A program made the translations under genes and the position numbers. A stretch of 64,000 nucleotides of DNA from Verrucomicrobiota bacterium. Lineage in GTDB: Bacteria > Verrucomicrobiota > Verrucomicrobiia > Limisphaerales > DSYF01. The notes beneath the pieces are model-generated. The model searched no databases, was not told where the DNA came from, and saw only the letters and a list, made by a program, of their open reading frames with translations. Below are positions 8,897 to 19,625 of the stretch, one piece after another (within the stretch, counting starts at the first letter, position 1; each line of letters begins with the position of its first letter). The DNA lies in contig JALOTZ010000003.1 in the NCBI GenBank assembly GCA_025457615.1, positions 17,614 to 81,613 on the forward strand, in the 5' to 3' direction.

Positions 8897-11371
8897 TCAA
8901 GGAGTGGAGATCAGCTGGATCCAGCGGGTTTCCGTGCGGTAGCGCCCCCCCGCATCTGTTTCAACCTCCGCCCAAACCGGGTGCCGTCCCACCCCCAACG
9001 CCGCGCCCGCCAAGGCGAAGCCAGCTGAGGATTGGCCGGTGGAACGGGCGAGTTCCCCGCCCGTGCTGAACAATCGGATGACCGCAATGCCACCCTGGCT
9101 GGCGGTCACTTCGACCGGATAGGTCCCGCCAGCCGGTGCCGGCTCCGGAAAACCAGGCAGCGCCAGGGTGGCGGTCAACGAGGTGTTTTGGACGCGCACC
9201 GGGATGGAGACTCGCGCCTGGGTCCGCACATGAGACCCTTCATACGCCACGGCGGTCAACTCGTGCCAGCCATCCTCCAGTCGTGTGGTATCGAGGGGGA
9301 AGGTGATCGGGAGGTTGGTTAAGCCAGCCCGGACATAGATATGGTTGCGCGGGAGCAAGTCGGCCAGATTCTCGCGCAAATCGTTCGCCGCCACGGTGAC
9401 GGTCAGCCCCGTGGACGCCGTCAGGCTGAACCGCAGGCCGGCTGCGGCATAGCCCGGGGCGCGCGACTTCAGGTTGAACGTCGAGACGGTGCTGGCCGAC
9501 GCCTTGAGATCCTCGATCCGCAGACCCTCCGTTCCCTGGAGTCCGGCCGTGGCATTGGCCAGGGAGACGAGCTGTCCCGTGAAATCCAGCAGGCTGACGC
9601 CGGCGGATTGATTGGTCGCCGCCACCGTGACTGTGGCGCCATTGGTCTTGGTGACGCTGAGTTGAAGCCAACTGCCCGCCTGCGGGGTTCCGGCCACGAT
9701 GCAGGCCCGCGACCCCAAGGCGGTGGATTCGAGCGAGGATTCCCGCGCTGCGGAAAGGACGGTGGTGAGCAGCGGCGCGGATCCCGCGGTGGTCTCCGCC
9801 AACGTGGACGGATTGGGCGACGGCGGCGGACCGGCAGGCGGCGAACCCGAGACCACCAAAGCCCGCGGCGCTTGTGGGCGATTCCCGGAAACCGAGCGCA
9901 CTTCGATGCGGTCTCCCTTCGTGGTGGCCGTGAGGTGGGTGGAGAGCGGACCGTTCGTGCCAATGGCCACCACCAGGCCGCCCGCCAGCGAGGACAGCGT
10001 CGCGTTGGCCGGCACGGTGTAACGGACGGTCCCACCGGCGAAGTTCAGTGTCAGTTGATTGCCGGCCCCCGGCGCCAGATTGGTCAGGGTCTGAAAATAC
10101 CGTCCGTCCACGAACAGATCCACCTGCTGCAGCGGTCGTGCCGGGTCTGCGGCGCTGAAGCGGACGGTGAGCGGGGCGGTCCCGCTAAGCATGGCATTGG
10201 AAACGACGCCGACCCACTGCCCGGCACCCGGTTGGCAGAAGGGTGCGGCCAGCGGTTCCCCCACGATCAATCCTTGATGGGGAAACGGCACCGCCTGGTA
10301 ATAGCACTCGGCCAGACTGAATCCCCGCGCCTGGTAGAAATACACCAGCGGATCGGGAAACTTGCTCGCCACAGCTCCCGGCTCGGTGACTGTCCCGTAG
10401 CTGCCCGCCGCGCCGGCATGAATGAACGCCAGCAAGCTGGTCTGGCTGTTCGGCCCAAAGATCACGCCTGCATAGGAGGTCATGCTGTCCGCGATGGCTC
10501 CCGGCACGAACGTGTCCGGTGAGATGCTGAAACTGGCCAGGCCGGTCTGGAATCCCAGCAGGTTGGAACGCCCGGAAACCACGTCCGTATCCAGCCGCTG
10601 CAGCCCGCCAAAGCCGGCCAGGCGGGCCTGGAAGATGGCGTTGTCGAAGAGCGGATGCCGGATGTTGCGCGCCGAATCGGAACTCTTGGCCAGGATCACC
10701 GTTTGGGTGGGAAAGGTGGCATCGCTGTTGACCCCCTGATCCACCAACGCCTTCGCCTGCGCCAACGTTCCCGCTGTGATCATCGTGGCCAGGTACGAAT
10801 AGCCCGGTGCGGTCAGCGGGACCACCGGCCCGAACATCGCCTCGCTGCGCGCGTAACTGTTCTCGTTGCTCTTGGTGCTGTCCTTGAAACCGTAGAACAG
10901 CGACGACGTCGTGCTGTTGACCTGCCCATTCCCGGAAACCGCAAAGGGGATGTCCATGGACAGCACCACGTAGCGGACCTGGTTGGTCAACTGACGCTGG
11001 GCCAGCGCGGCTTGGAGTGAATCCAGCAGCACGGTCTGAAACTCGGACTGCGTCCAGGTCGTGTTGCCTCCGGACCAGGAGATGCGCACCAGGTTCTCCG
11101 CGGGAACCTGCCGGCGTTCACAGTAGTAGTTGCCCAACTCGATCGACTGCAGGCTCGCCTGATTGACCACCACCGCCACGTTCAGGCCGCTGCCGGCCGC
11201 TTGCAGATCCGCAGCCAGCCCCCCCAGGCCCAGGACCGCCGCAACCAACCCGGCGTGTCGGGGCCAGAATCGGATTCCGAGGGGAACCCTACGGAGCGCC
11301 AAGGCCATGCGCCGGCGCCCCGCCGAAGCAGACATCGCTCGCGAAAACCGGTTCCACCCTTTCGTATGCAC
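8897..11371 (-). CDS. secreted protein, TIGR03790-like N-terminal domain with Ig-like C-terminal repeats
   Basis: 824-aa ORF with a signal-like segment (LVAAVLGLGGLAADLQAAG). The motif NVAVVVNQASLQSIELGNYYCERRQVPAENLVRI resembles the TIGR03790 family, recalled from memory. The start codon is uncertain (M1, M13 or M22). Confidence 0.6.
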   Translation of the reverse strand: MHTKGWNRFSRAMSASAGRRRMALALRRVPLGIRFWPRHAGLVAAVLGLGGLAADLQAAGSGLNVAVVVNQASLQSIELGNYYCERRQVPAENLVRISWSGGNTTWTQSEFQTVLLDSLQAALAQRQLTNQVRYVVLSMDIPFAVSGNGQVNSTTSSLFYGFKDSTKSNENSYARSEAMFGPVVPLTAPGYSYLATMITAGTLAQAKALVDQGVNSDATFPTQTVILAKSSDSARNIRHPLFDNAIFQARLAGFGGLQRLDTDVVSGRSNLLGFQTGLASFSISPDTFVPGAIADSMTSYAGVIFGPNSQTSLLAFIHAGAAGSYGTVTEPGAVASKFPDPLVYFYQARGFSLAECYYQAVPFPHQGLIVGEPLAAPFCQPGAGQWVGVVSNAMLSGTAPLTVRFSAADPARPLQQVDLFVDGRYFQTLTNLAPGAGNQLTLNFAGGTVRYTVPANATLSSLAGGLVVAIGTNGPLSTHLTATTKGDRIEVRSVSGNRPQAPRALVVSGSPPAGPPPSPNPSTLAETTAGSAPLLTTVLSAARESSLESTALGSRACIVAGTPQAGSWLQLSVTKTNGATVTVAATNQSAGVSLLDFTGQLVSLANATAGLQGTEGLRIEDLKASASTVSTFNLKSRAPGYAAAGLRFSLTASTGLTVTVAANDLRENLADLLPRNHIYVRAGLTNLPITFPLDTTRLEDGWHELTAVAYEGSHVRTQARVSIPVRVQNTSLTATLALPGFPEPAPAGGTYPVEVTASQGGIAVIRLFSTGGELARSTGQSSAGFALAGAALGVGRHPVWAEVETDAGGRYRTETRWIQLISTP

Positions 11372-11502
11372 GTCGCGAAACTAGCAACTCCAATACCGGA
11401 TGGCTACCCCAACCAGAAGACGCAAACACTCTATTGTTAAGCCGATGTAAATGTGGCGGATTTTTTCCGCGCCCCACACTATGCTCCAGCCCAGACGACA
11501 CC

Positions 11503-12249
11503 ATGAGCACCCAGGGGACGCCATCAGCCGCGTCAGCCGGACGGCCGAAACTGCTCGTCATCGACGACGACCAGAAGCTTTGCCGGCTGATCAAGGATTA
11601 CCTCGAACCGATGGGTTACGCCGTCGAACTGGCACACACGGGACCGGACGGGGTGGACCGCGCCCTCGGCGAACCGTGGGCCGCCGTGGTGCTGGATGTC
11701 ATGCTGCCGGGGCTGGACGGGTTCGAGGTGCTGAAACGGATCCGCGCCCATTGCGACGTGCCGGTGCTCATGCTGACGGCGCGCGGCGAGGAACCGGATC
11801 GCATTGTCGGTCTCGAGCTGGGGGCGGACGACTACCTGCCCAAGACTTTCTCGCCGCGCGAACTGCTGGCGCGGCTGCGCGCGGTAATGCGGCGTTCCCA
11901 GCGGGCCGCAACGCAGACACCCGGGGCGCCCGAGGCTGAACTGCTGATTGGCGATCTGCGAATCAACCCGGGCGCCCGGGTGGCGGTCCTGGCGGACACG
12001 CCCCTGGACCTGACCCCGGTTGAGTTCGATCTGCTGCACTCGCTGGCCCGGGCACGCGGACGGGTGAAAAGCCGGGAGCAGTTGCTGGACGAGATTCGCG
12101 AGCGGGATTACGACGTGTTCGACCGCTCGATCGACGTGCATATTTCCGCCCTGCGCAAGAAGCTGGGGGATGACGCCAAGGAACCGCGCTTCATCAAGAC
12201 CGTGCGCAGCGCCGGTTACCTGTTCCTCAAACCTGACGCGCCGTTGTGA
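11503..12249 (+). CDS. OmpR/PhoB-family response regulator
   Basis: It has a receiver domain (KLLVIDDD, VLDVMLPGLDG, LMLTARG) and a winged-helix output domain (RFIKTVRSAGYLF). The start is taken at the internal ATG (MSTQG), and the longest ORF begins at 11434. Confidence 0.9.
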   Translation: MSTQGTPSAASAGRPKLLVIDDDQKLCRLIKDYLEPMGYAVELAHTGPDGVDRALGEPWAAVVLDVMLPGLDGFEVLKRIRAHCDVPVLMLTARGEEPDRIVGLELGADDYLPKTFSPRELLARLRAVMRRSQRAATQTPGAPEAELLIGDLRINPGARVAVLADTPLDLTPVEFDLLHSLARARGRVKSREQLLDEIRERDYDVFDRSIDVHISALRKKLGDDAKEPRFIKTVRSAGYLFLKPDAPL

Positions 12250-13871
12250 AGCTGCGACTTCCACTCTACCTGCGGATCCTCGGAATGTTCGGCTTGAACA
12301 TCCTCGTCCTCGCCGCGGCGTTCCTGGTCGTGTTCCGGATGCAGTTCCATCTGGGCCTGGACTCGTTTCTGGCCGGACAAGCCAGCCGGCGGGTGGAGGC
12401 GCTGAGCCAGGTCGTCATCCGCGAACTGCAGCAGACCCCCATCAACGGCTTCGCACCTGTGCTCGACCGCTTCGAGGAGGCCTTCCAATTGGACCTGTAT
12501 GTCTTCCGATCCGATGGCCAGCAGGTCGCGGGCGAATCGATCCTGCTGCCCCCACAAGTCGAACGCGCGCTGCGCCCCCTCGGTGGAGGGCGTGGACGCG
12601 GCGCGCCCGGCGGCCCGCGGATGGGACCTCGCTTCGAACAATTTCCCCCCGAGGACGCCGCCCCCGGTCCCGTGCTCAACCCGCCCCCGCGCGAAGGGGT
12701 TGAACCCCTGCCTGCACTGCCACCCGAGGGGAGTCCGGGGCTGGAATCCATGGAGCCTTCGCCAGGACCGGAGGGCGGGCGGGGACCGGGTCCCCGCTGG
12801 CAAGGCGGCGCGGGACGCCTGATCCTTCCACAAGGTTTCTTCATCAAATCCACGGAACCCACGCGCTACTGGGCCGGCACCTTTTTCTTCTCGCGACCCC
12901 CGATGCCGGCGGTCCAACCTCATGTCCTGCTGATCGTCTCCGACTCGATCACCGGCGGCGGATTGTTCTTCGATTTCACCCCCTGGCTCGTGGCCGGGTG
13001 CGGGGCACTGATCTTGTCGGCGTTGCTCTGGCTGCCCTTCGTCCGCGGCCTCACACGATCCCTGGGACAGATGACGCGCGCCACGGGGGAGATCAGCCAG
13101 GGACGGTTCACCGCCCGGGTGACCTCCCAACGCGGCGACGAACTGGGCCGATTGGCCCAAGCCATCAACGAGATGGGGGGACGATTGGAAGGGTTCGTGA
13201 ACGGACAGCGACGTTTCCTGGGCGACATCGCCCATGAACTCTGCTCACCCCTGGCCAGGATTCAAACGGCGCTCGCCATCCTTGAACAGCGCGGCGAGGC
13301 CAAGGATCAGCCCTACATCCGCGACTTGCAGGAGGAAGCCGAACACATGGCGGAGTTGGTCAGTGAACTCTTGTCCTTCTCCAAGGCCTCCATCGATCAG
13401 TCGAAGGTTGTCCTGTCACCGACATCCCTCGCCGAAGTGGCTGCCAACGCCGTCCGGCGCGAACAACAGGAGGGCCTCGAGATCCGACAGTCCGTTCCCT
13501 CGGACCTCCGTGTTATGGCCAACGCCGAACTGCTGCAGCGCGCCCTGGCCAATCTCTTGCGCAACGGCATCCGTTACGCCGGCTCCTCCGGACCCATCTC
13601 GGTCACCGGCTGGCCGGATGGTGAGCACGTGGTCCTCGAGGTGGCCGATCAAGGCCCCGGAGTGCCGGAAGAAAGCCTGGCTCGTCTCTTCGACCCGTTC
13701 TATCGCGTGGACGAATCCCGCACGCGCCACACCGGCGGGGTGGGCCTGGGCCTGACCATTGTGAAGACCTGCGTGGAGGCCTGCGGCGGCACCGTCACCG
13801 CTGCCAACCGGCCCGAAGGCGGACTAAGCGTCCAAATCCGCCTGACGGCCACACAGGCAGTGATAAGCTGA
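12246..13871 (+). CDS. sensor histidine kinase (two TM segments, HAMP, HisKA, HATPase_c)
   Basis: 541 aa. The GTG start overlaps the regulator's stop (GTGA). It has the H-box HELCSPLARI, the N-box LLRNGIRYA and the G-boxes DQGPGV and GGVGLGL. Confidence 0.9.
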   Translation: MKLRLPLYLRILGMFGLNILVLAAAFLVVFRMQFHLGLDSFLAGQASRRVEALSQVVIRELQQTPINGFAPVLDRFEEAFQLDLYVFRSDGQQVAGESILLPPQVERALRPLGGGRGRGAPGGPRMGPRFEQFPPEDAAPGPVLNPPPREGVEPLPALPPEGSPGLESMEPSPGPEGGRGPGPRWQGGAGRLILPQGFFIKSTEPTRYWAGTFFFSRPPMPAVQPHVLLIVSDSITGGGLFFDFTPWLVAGCGALILSALLWLPFVRGLTRSLGQMTRATGEISQGRFTARVTSQRGDELGRLAQAINEMGGRLEGFVNGQRRFLGDIAHELCSPLARIQTALAILEQRGEAKDQPYIRDLQEEAEHMAELVSELLSFSKASIDQSKVVLSPTSLAEVAANAVRREQQEGLEIRQSVPSDLRVMANAELLQRALANLLRNGIRYAGSSGPISVTGWPDGEHVVLEVADQGPGVPEESLARLFDPFYRVDESRTRHTGGVGLGLTIVKTCVEACGGTVTAANRPEGGLSVQIRLTATQAVIS

Positions 13872-13884
13872 TTCTATCTTATCC

Positions 13885-14022
13885 CTCGTGTCGCCGAGGT
13901 AATCGGTTGGGGTGTATGGACCGGCGCAGGATTTGTGCTCAGGAAAGGCTGCTAACACCCTAAACCAAGCCTTATTCCTGTGCATCCTACTCGCCGCACG
14001 CCACTTACCTTGGCGACACGAG
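13885..14022. repeat. 138-nt element bounded by an 18-bp inverted repeat (candidate structured RNA or MITE)
   Basis: ctcgtgtcgccgaggtaa (13885-13902) pairs with ttaccttggcgacacgag (14005-14022) over 18 bp with one G-U pair. The 102-nt interior contains further nested or interleaved complementary segments. It lies in the convergent gap between the kinase and the PEP-CTERM gene. Confidence 0.5.
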
Positions 14023-14079
14023 AACAGACAGCCGTTTCCAGTCGAAACCAGATTTGCAGAAGGAGACAGCAGCCCTTGC

Positions 14080-14952
14080 CTACCGGGCAGCGCGGCGGCG
14101 CCACTGCAGCACGCCCGCGATAAAGCCGAGCGAAGCCAGAGACAGGCTGGTGGGTTCGGGAATGTATTGCACCGCGAGCAGTTTGTCCTTGCTGATCAGG
14201 TAGGAACCGCCGGCGCTGATGTTGACATCCCATTGAAGTGCCCAAGCCACATCCCCCGAGGCGTTGAGCTGGGAATCGTTGAGGATGGTGGGGGCCGCGT
14301 CGTTGAGCTTGACCAGCGTGGTCGGCACGAGCCCGGCCTCGCCATGGTGGGCGTTGGGGCTGTTGACCACCTCGACCAGGTTCGCACCTTCGAACTGATC
14401 GGCCTGATTGATCCTGTGGGTGAACGCGTTCGTGGAGAGGACAATCGTATCCGCCCCGGCCGTCCCGCTGACATCGAAGTCTGAATACTGAAAGAAGTGA
14501 AAGTCGAGAGCGCTGCCCGAGGTGTTGTTGATTTCAATCTGTTCGGCAATGTCGGCGGTGCCGCTGGTGGAGGAGCCACCCATCAGCGTGTAGGTGACGC
14601 CGATGTTAAATCGATTGAGGCTGTCGTAGTAAGTCGTGGTCAGGGTGCTGGGGGTCAGTCCGCTGATCACAGGAGCCGAGATGGTGTCGATCGAGCGTTC
14701 CGGATCCGAACCGACGCGATACCAGAACCACTGTTGATGGAGCTGGTTCTGATAGAGGCCGGGCTGGCTGAGCACCGCCCAATAGAACATGCCTTGTGGG
14801 CTGCCGACATCGATCTGGGCAATCGAGTTGTTGTCCGTCAACGTGACGATCTGCGCATCACTTTGGGAGACAAACCCCGCGGGGAGGAACGCACAAACTG
14901 CGGCAAATCCGAAAGACACCCTCAAGTTCCAAAAACTGGCCAAGGCCTTCAT
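14080..14952 (-). CDS. PEP-CTERM sorting-domain protein
   Basis: 290 aa. It has an N-terminal signal peptide (FAAVCAFLPAGFVSQSDAQ) and a C-terminal IPEPTSLSLASLGFIAGVLQWRRRAAR, which is the PEP motif followed by a TM helix and a basic tail. Confidence 0.85.
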   Translation of the reverse strand: MKALASFWNLRVSFGFAAVCAFLPAGFVSQSDAQIVTLTDNNSIAQIDVGSPQGMFYWAVLSQPGLYQNQLHQQWFWYRVGSDPERSIDTISAPVISGLTPSTLTTTYYDSLNRFNIGVTYTLMGGSSTSGTADIAEQIEINNTSGSALDFHFFQYSDFDVSGTAGADTIVLSTNAFTHRINQADQFEGANLVEVVNSPNAHHGEAGLVPTTLVKLNDAAPTILNDSQLNASGDVAWALQWDVNISAGGSYLISKDKLLAVQYIPEPTSLSLASLGFIAGVLQWRRRAAR

Positions 14953-15202
14953 AACACACTTCCTTCCAGGTTACTCAACGTTCACGTCTCAACGTAACTG
15001 GGCACAGAGAAACTCAGTTACTACTGGGTTGATACGAATTACGCCCACTTCAATATCGGATTTCCCGGAAAAGGTAAGCTATACTTTGGCATAGAACGAC
15101 CGTGGCGCCCACGGTGGACAATGTTATTGCCAACCTGGAATTGATGCCGATGCGGCTGAACGCCTTCAGGCGGTCTGACCGCGGCTCGTGCTAGGAAGGG
15201 TG

Positions 15203-15256
15203 GCGCGGACTCACGTCCACGGCTACGGGTCGTAGATCGCCGACGTCAGTCGGCGC
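15203..15256. repeat. REP-like family D, inverted pair
   Basis: gcgcggactcacgtccacggctac and gtagatcgccgacgtcagtcggcgc form an imperfect palindrome. Confidence 0.5.
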
Positions 15257-15293
15257 AAATATCCCCAATCGGCTCCCCACGATTTCACGAGAA

Positions 15294-15995
15294 TCATTTG
15301 TTGCAGCGGAAGTTCACCACGTCGCAGTCCTGCATCACGTAGGTCTTGGGTTCGAGGCGCTGCTTGCCCGCCCGCTTGGCGCCGGTCTCGCCACCGTTCG
15401 CCGCGAAGTCGTCCCAGCCGATGACTTCGGCCCGGATGAATCCCTTCTGGAGATCGGTATGGATGGCGGCGGCGGCTTCCCAGGCGGTGATCCCCTGGCG
15501 GATGAGCCAGGACCGGTTCTCCTTGCCGCCCACGGTGAGGAAGACCATGTAGCCCGCTTCCCGCACACAGCGCAGCAGGAGCGCGTCAATCTGGGCGAGA
15601 TCCTCGTCAGAGGCGACCGTGACGGGCTTGGCGGTAACCAGCGCGTGCGCCGTGATGGCCTTTCGCTCGGGTTCGGTCAGCGGGACGCTGGACGCCAGGT
15701 GGTCGCTCTCGAGCGCCGCCTGGAACTTCTCCAGGACCGCGCGCTCGGCCTCGCCCGGGTTGCGCCCGAGCCGGGTCTGGACGAAATCGAGATCCATCAG
15801 GATCAGTTCAAGCCGTCCTTCGGTGGAAGCCAGGATGGCATCCGCATCCACCAATTGGGACTGATCCACCACGTCCGCCTGCGCGTAAACCAGCTTGTCC
15901 GCCTTCTCCAACCGATGGGCCTCCTCGAGGCGGGGTTCCTTGAGGTTGTGTTTGCCGACTTTGAGGCCCGGGATGCCAACCAGCGCGATCTTCAT
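15294..15995 (-). CDS. DUF933 / YchF-C-terminal-like protein lacking a canonical G domain
   Basis: The C-terminal 90 aa (IHTDLQKGFIRAEVIGWDDF ... DCDVVNFRCNK) closely resemble the YchF TGS-like domain. The N-terminus MKIALVGIPGLKVGKHN is a degenerate P-loop, and the G2-G4 region is absent. The start is taken at the internal ATG, and the longest ORF begins at 16058. Confidence 0.8.
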   Translation of the reverse strand: MKIALVGIPGLKVGKHNLKEPRLEEAHRLEKADKLVYAQADVVDQSQLVDADAILASTEGRLELILMDLDFVQTRLGRNPGEAERAVLEKFQAALESDHLASSVPLTEPERKAITAHALVTAKPVTVASDEDLAQIDALLLRCVREAGYMVFLTVGGKENRSWLIRQGITAWEAAAAIHTDLQKGFIRAEVIGWDDFAANGGETGAKRAGKQRLEPKTYVMQDCDVVNFRCNK

Positions 15996-16135
15996 GTGGT
16001 CACGGAGGGTGGAAAGGGGGCGGGGCAATGGAAAGCCAAAACCAGGACTCTCGCCCAACGGGTGGTGCGCGCTTTGAACCCCCTGAACGACAGTCGCCGA
16101 TGTAATTCGACGCTGACCGCTGAGTCTGGAATAGT

Positions 16136-16159
16136 GCGCGGACTCAGGTCCGCGGCTAC
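16136..16159. repeat. REP-like family D copy
   Basis: gcgcggactcaggtccgcggctac lies in the gap between hoxW and the DUF933 gene. Confidence 0.45.
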
Positions 16160-16256
16160 GCGGTTTATGGGTAGGGATGGGTCCCCGTCCCTTGTCCCCA
16201 GGATTGGTGACTGGAGGGAAAGCGGGGGTGGAGTAAGCTGTGGCCAGTTCTCATTG

Positions 16257-16775
16257 TTATGGGGCCGGTCTGAGTGGACCGGCCCCTGTGCTGTACAGAC
16301 CCTCCTCTGGCTTCAACAACTCCAACACCTTGACGACGGCCTGTTCCACTCCGGCCTGGGCCAGGGGCGAGAGGTGCTCGCCGATGCCCATCTCCGCCAC
16401 GGGAATCTCGACCACCCAGGCGGGTGGACAGGCGTTGAAGACGGAACGTGCCAGGTGCAACAATCCGCCCGGACTGGCCGTGTGAACCATGACCTGGTGC
16501 GCAGCCTCCGGGAACACCCGGGAGACCCGCACCACCGGGTCGGCCAGATCCGTGGAGGCATCGATGAAAACAACCAGGCGCGCTCTGGAAATGGGATCGG
16601 CCAGCTCCGGCGTGAGCTGGTGACAAGCGATGGTCTGAACGCCGGTGAGTCGCCGGGCCTCGAGGCATTCCGCAGCCGCCGGTCCGACTCCATCATCCCC
16701 ACGGAGGGTGCTGCCGTAGCCGATGACCAGGGCCGGGGCGGCCGCGGGGTCCGTTCGCTCATGTTCCGCAGACAT
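16257..16775 (-). CDS. hoxW: hydrogenase maturation endopeptidase
   Basis: About 172 aa from the internal ATG (MSAEHERT). The motif VIGYGSTLRGDDGVGP and the later FIDAS motif are typical of HoxW/HycI-type proteases. It lies directly downstream of hoxH. Confidence 0.85.
   Translation of the reverse strand: MSAEHERTDPAAAPALVIGYGSTLRGDDGVGPAAAECLEARRLTGVQTIACHQLTPELADPISRARLVVFIDASTDLADPVVRVSRVFPEAAHQVMVHTASPGGLLHLARSVFNACPPAWVVEIPVAEMGIGEHLSPLAQAGVEQAVVKVLELLKPEEGLYSTGAGPLRPAP
16261..16286 (-). terminator. perfect 10-bp GC hairpin overlapping the last codons of hoxW (possible operon-end terminator or stabiliser)
   Basis: The hairpin is ggggccggtc-tgagtg-gaccggcccc. On the minus strand it is followed by ATAACAATGAGAA, which is only weakly U-rich. 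Confidence 0.3.
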
Positions 16776-16845
16776 CGTCAGATGGTGTGGGGTGTGGACG
16801 GAGGTCGCACGCTGAAAAGGACTCGGGGTTGAAGGTGGGGGCCCC

Positions 16846-16880
16846 AAAAAAGCAGGCCGGGGGAACCACCCCCGGCCTGC
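16846..16880 (-). terminator. Rho-independent terminator between hoxH and hoxW
   Basis: On the minus strand, gcaggccggggg-tggtt-cccccggcctgc forms a perfect 12-bp stem with a 5-nt loop, followed directly by TTTTTTGGGG. It sits 35 nt after the hoxH stop. Confidence 0.8.
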
Positions 16881-16914
16881 ACGCAACCAACCACAACCCA
16901 ACTCAACCAATTGG

Positions 16915-18342
<1,428 letters not shown>

Positions 18343-18357
18343 AAATCCATTCTCGGT

Positions 18358-18906
18358 TCAGCCGAACTTGAGATCCGCCCCTTCCAGCACCGGCGATTTG
18401 CCTTCGAGCACCTGCACGAGCAGGGACTTGATGCGGTCGGCGGGCGGGGGGCAGCCGGGCAGGAACAGATCCACATGCACCGCCTCTTGAATGGGCACCA
18501 CACGCTTGAGCAGCGTGGGCACAATCCCCGCCTCGTTGGGAATGCCCGCGTTATGGTCGGCGCACTCGCGGTAGGCGCGGTCCAGCACGTTGACGTCGTT
18601 GTTCAGGCCCAGCGCGTTGCGCATGGTGGGCACGTTGCCGGTCACGGCGCAGTCGCCAAAGGCCACGATGGCCTTGGTCCGCTTGCGGATCTTGTGCAGC
18701 CACTCGAGATTCTCCTCGTTGCAGAGGGCGCCCTCGATCAGGCACACGTCCACATTCTCCGGGTATTCCTTGGCGTCCACAACCGGGCTGAAGACGATCT
18801 CGATCTTGTCGGCCAGATCGATGAGGAATTCGTCCAGGTCGAGGAACGACATGTGGCAGCCGGAGCAACCGCCGAACCAGATGGTGGCAACTTTCAAGCG
18901 ATCCAT
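18358..18906 (-). CDS. hoxY: NiFe hydrogenase small subunit
   Basis: 182 aa from the internal ATG ([20 protein letters not shown]). It has the proximal-cluster cysteine motifs GCSGC and GDCA ... PGCPP. Confidence 0.9.
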   Translation of the reverse strand: MDRLKVATIWFGGCSGCHMSFLDLDEFLIDLADKIEIVFSPVVDAKEYPENVDVCLIEGALCNEENLEWLHKIRKRTKAIVAFGDCAVTGNVPTMRNALGLNNDVNVLDRAYRECADHNAGIPNEAGIVPTLLKRVVPIQEAVHVDLFLPGCPPPADRIKSLLVQVLEGKSPVLEGADLKFG

Positions 18907-19610
18907 TGTTTCTTCTCCCGTGCGGTGACGATGAATTCGAGTTTGGTGCGGTCCCGCTGCATTTCCGCGGTGGTGGATCCGCGTTCGAACAGCGCGCCGG
19001 TGGGACAGGCCATGACGCACTTGCCGCAACTGGTGCAGGATTCGGCCGTGCCCCAGGGCTGGAACATGTCGGTGATGATGTGCGAGCGCGCCCCGCGTCC
19101 GGCGACGTTCTTGGTGCCGGCCCCCTCGATGTGCCAGCAGACCCGGACGCAGCGCGTGCAGAGGATGCAGCGGTTGTGGTCCATGCCAAACCGCTCGTGC
19201 GTGAGGTCCATGTCCCACTTGGGGAAGCAGTAATCGTAGCGCACGTGGTCCATGCCCTGGTTGCAAGCCATGGTCTGGAGCTCGCAATTGCCGTTGGCGA
19301 CGCAGATGGCGCACACGTGGTTGCGCTCGGCGAAGAGCAGTTCCAGCGTCATCCGGCGATACTTCCGGAGCCGCTCGCTTTCGGTCCGCACGACCATGCC
19401 TTCGGCGGCCTTGGTGGTGCAGGCGGGCAACAGTTTGTTGACGCCGGCCACCTCCACGAGGCAGAGCCGGCAGGCGCCGACGTCATAGACGCCCTCCAGA
19501 TGGCAGAGGGTGGGGATGGGGATCCCCTGCTCCTGCGCAACGTTCAGCACCGTCTGGCTATCCTCGGCGCTGACCTGCTTGTCGTTGATGGTAAGTGTGA
19601 TGGCTGCCAT
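18894..19610 (-). CDS. hoxU: diaphorase FeS subunit (NuoG-N-terminal-like)
   Basis: 238 aa. It has the 2Fe-2S motif CRLCLVEV and 4Fe-4S motifs ([23 protein letters not shown]). Confidence 0.9.
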   Translation of the reverse strand: MAAITLTINDKQVSAEDSQTVLNVAQEQGIPIPTLCHLEGVYDVGACRLCLVEVAGVNKLLPACTTKAAEGMVVRTESERLRKYRRMTLELLFAERNHVCAICVANGNCELQTMACNQGMDHVRYDYCFPKWDMDLTHERFGMDHNRCILCTRCVRVCWHIEGAGTKNVAGRGARSHIITDMFQPWGTAESCTSCGKCVMACPTGALFERGSTTAEMQRDRTKLEFIVTAREKKQWIA

Positions 19611-19625
19611 AGGTCAAAGTCAGGG

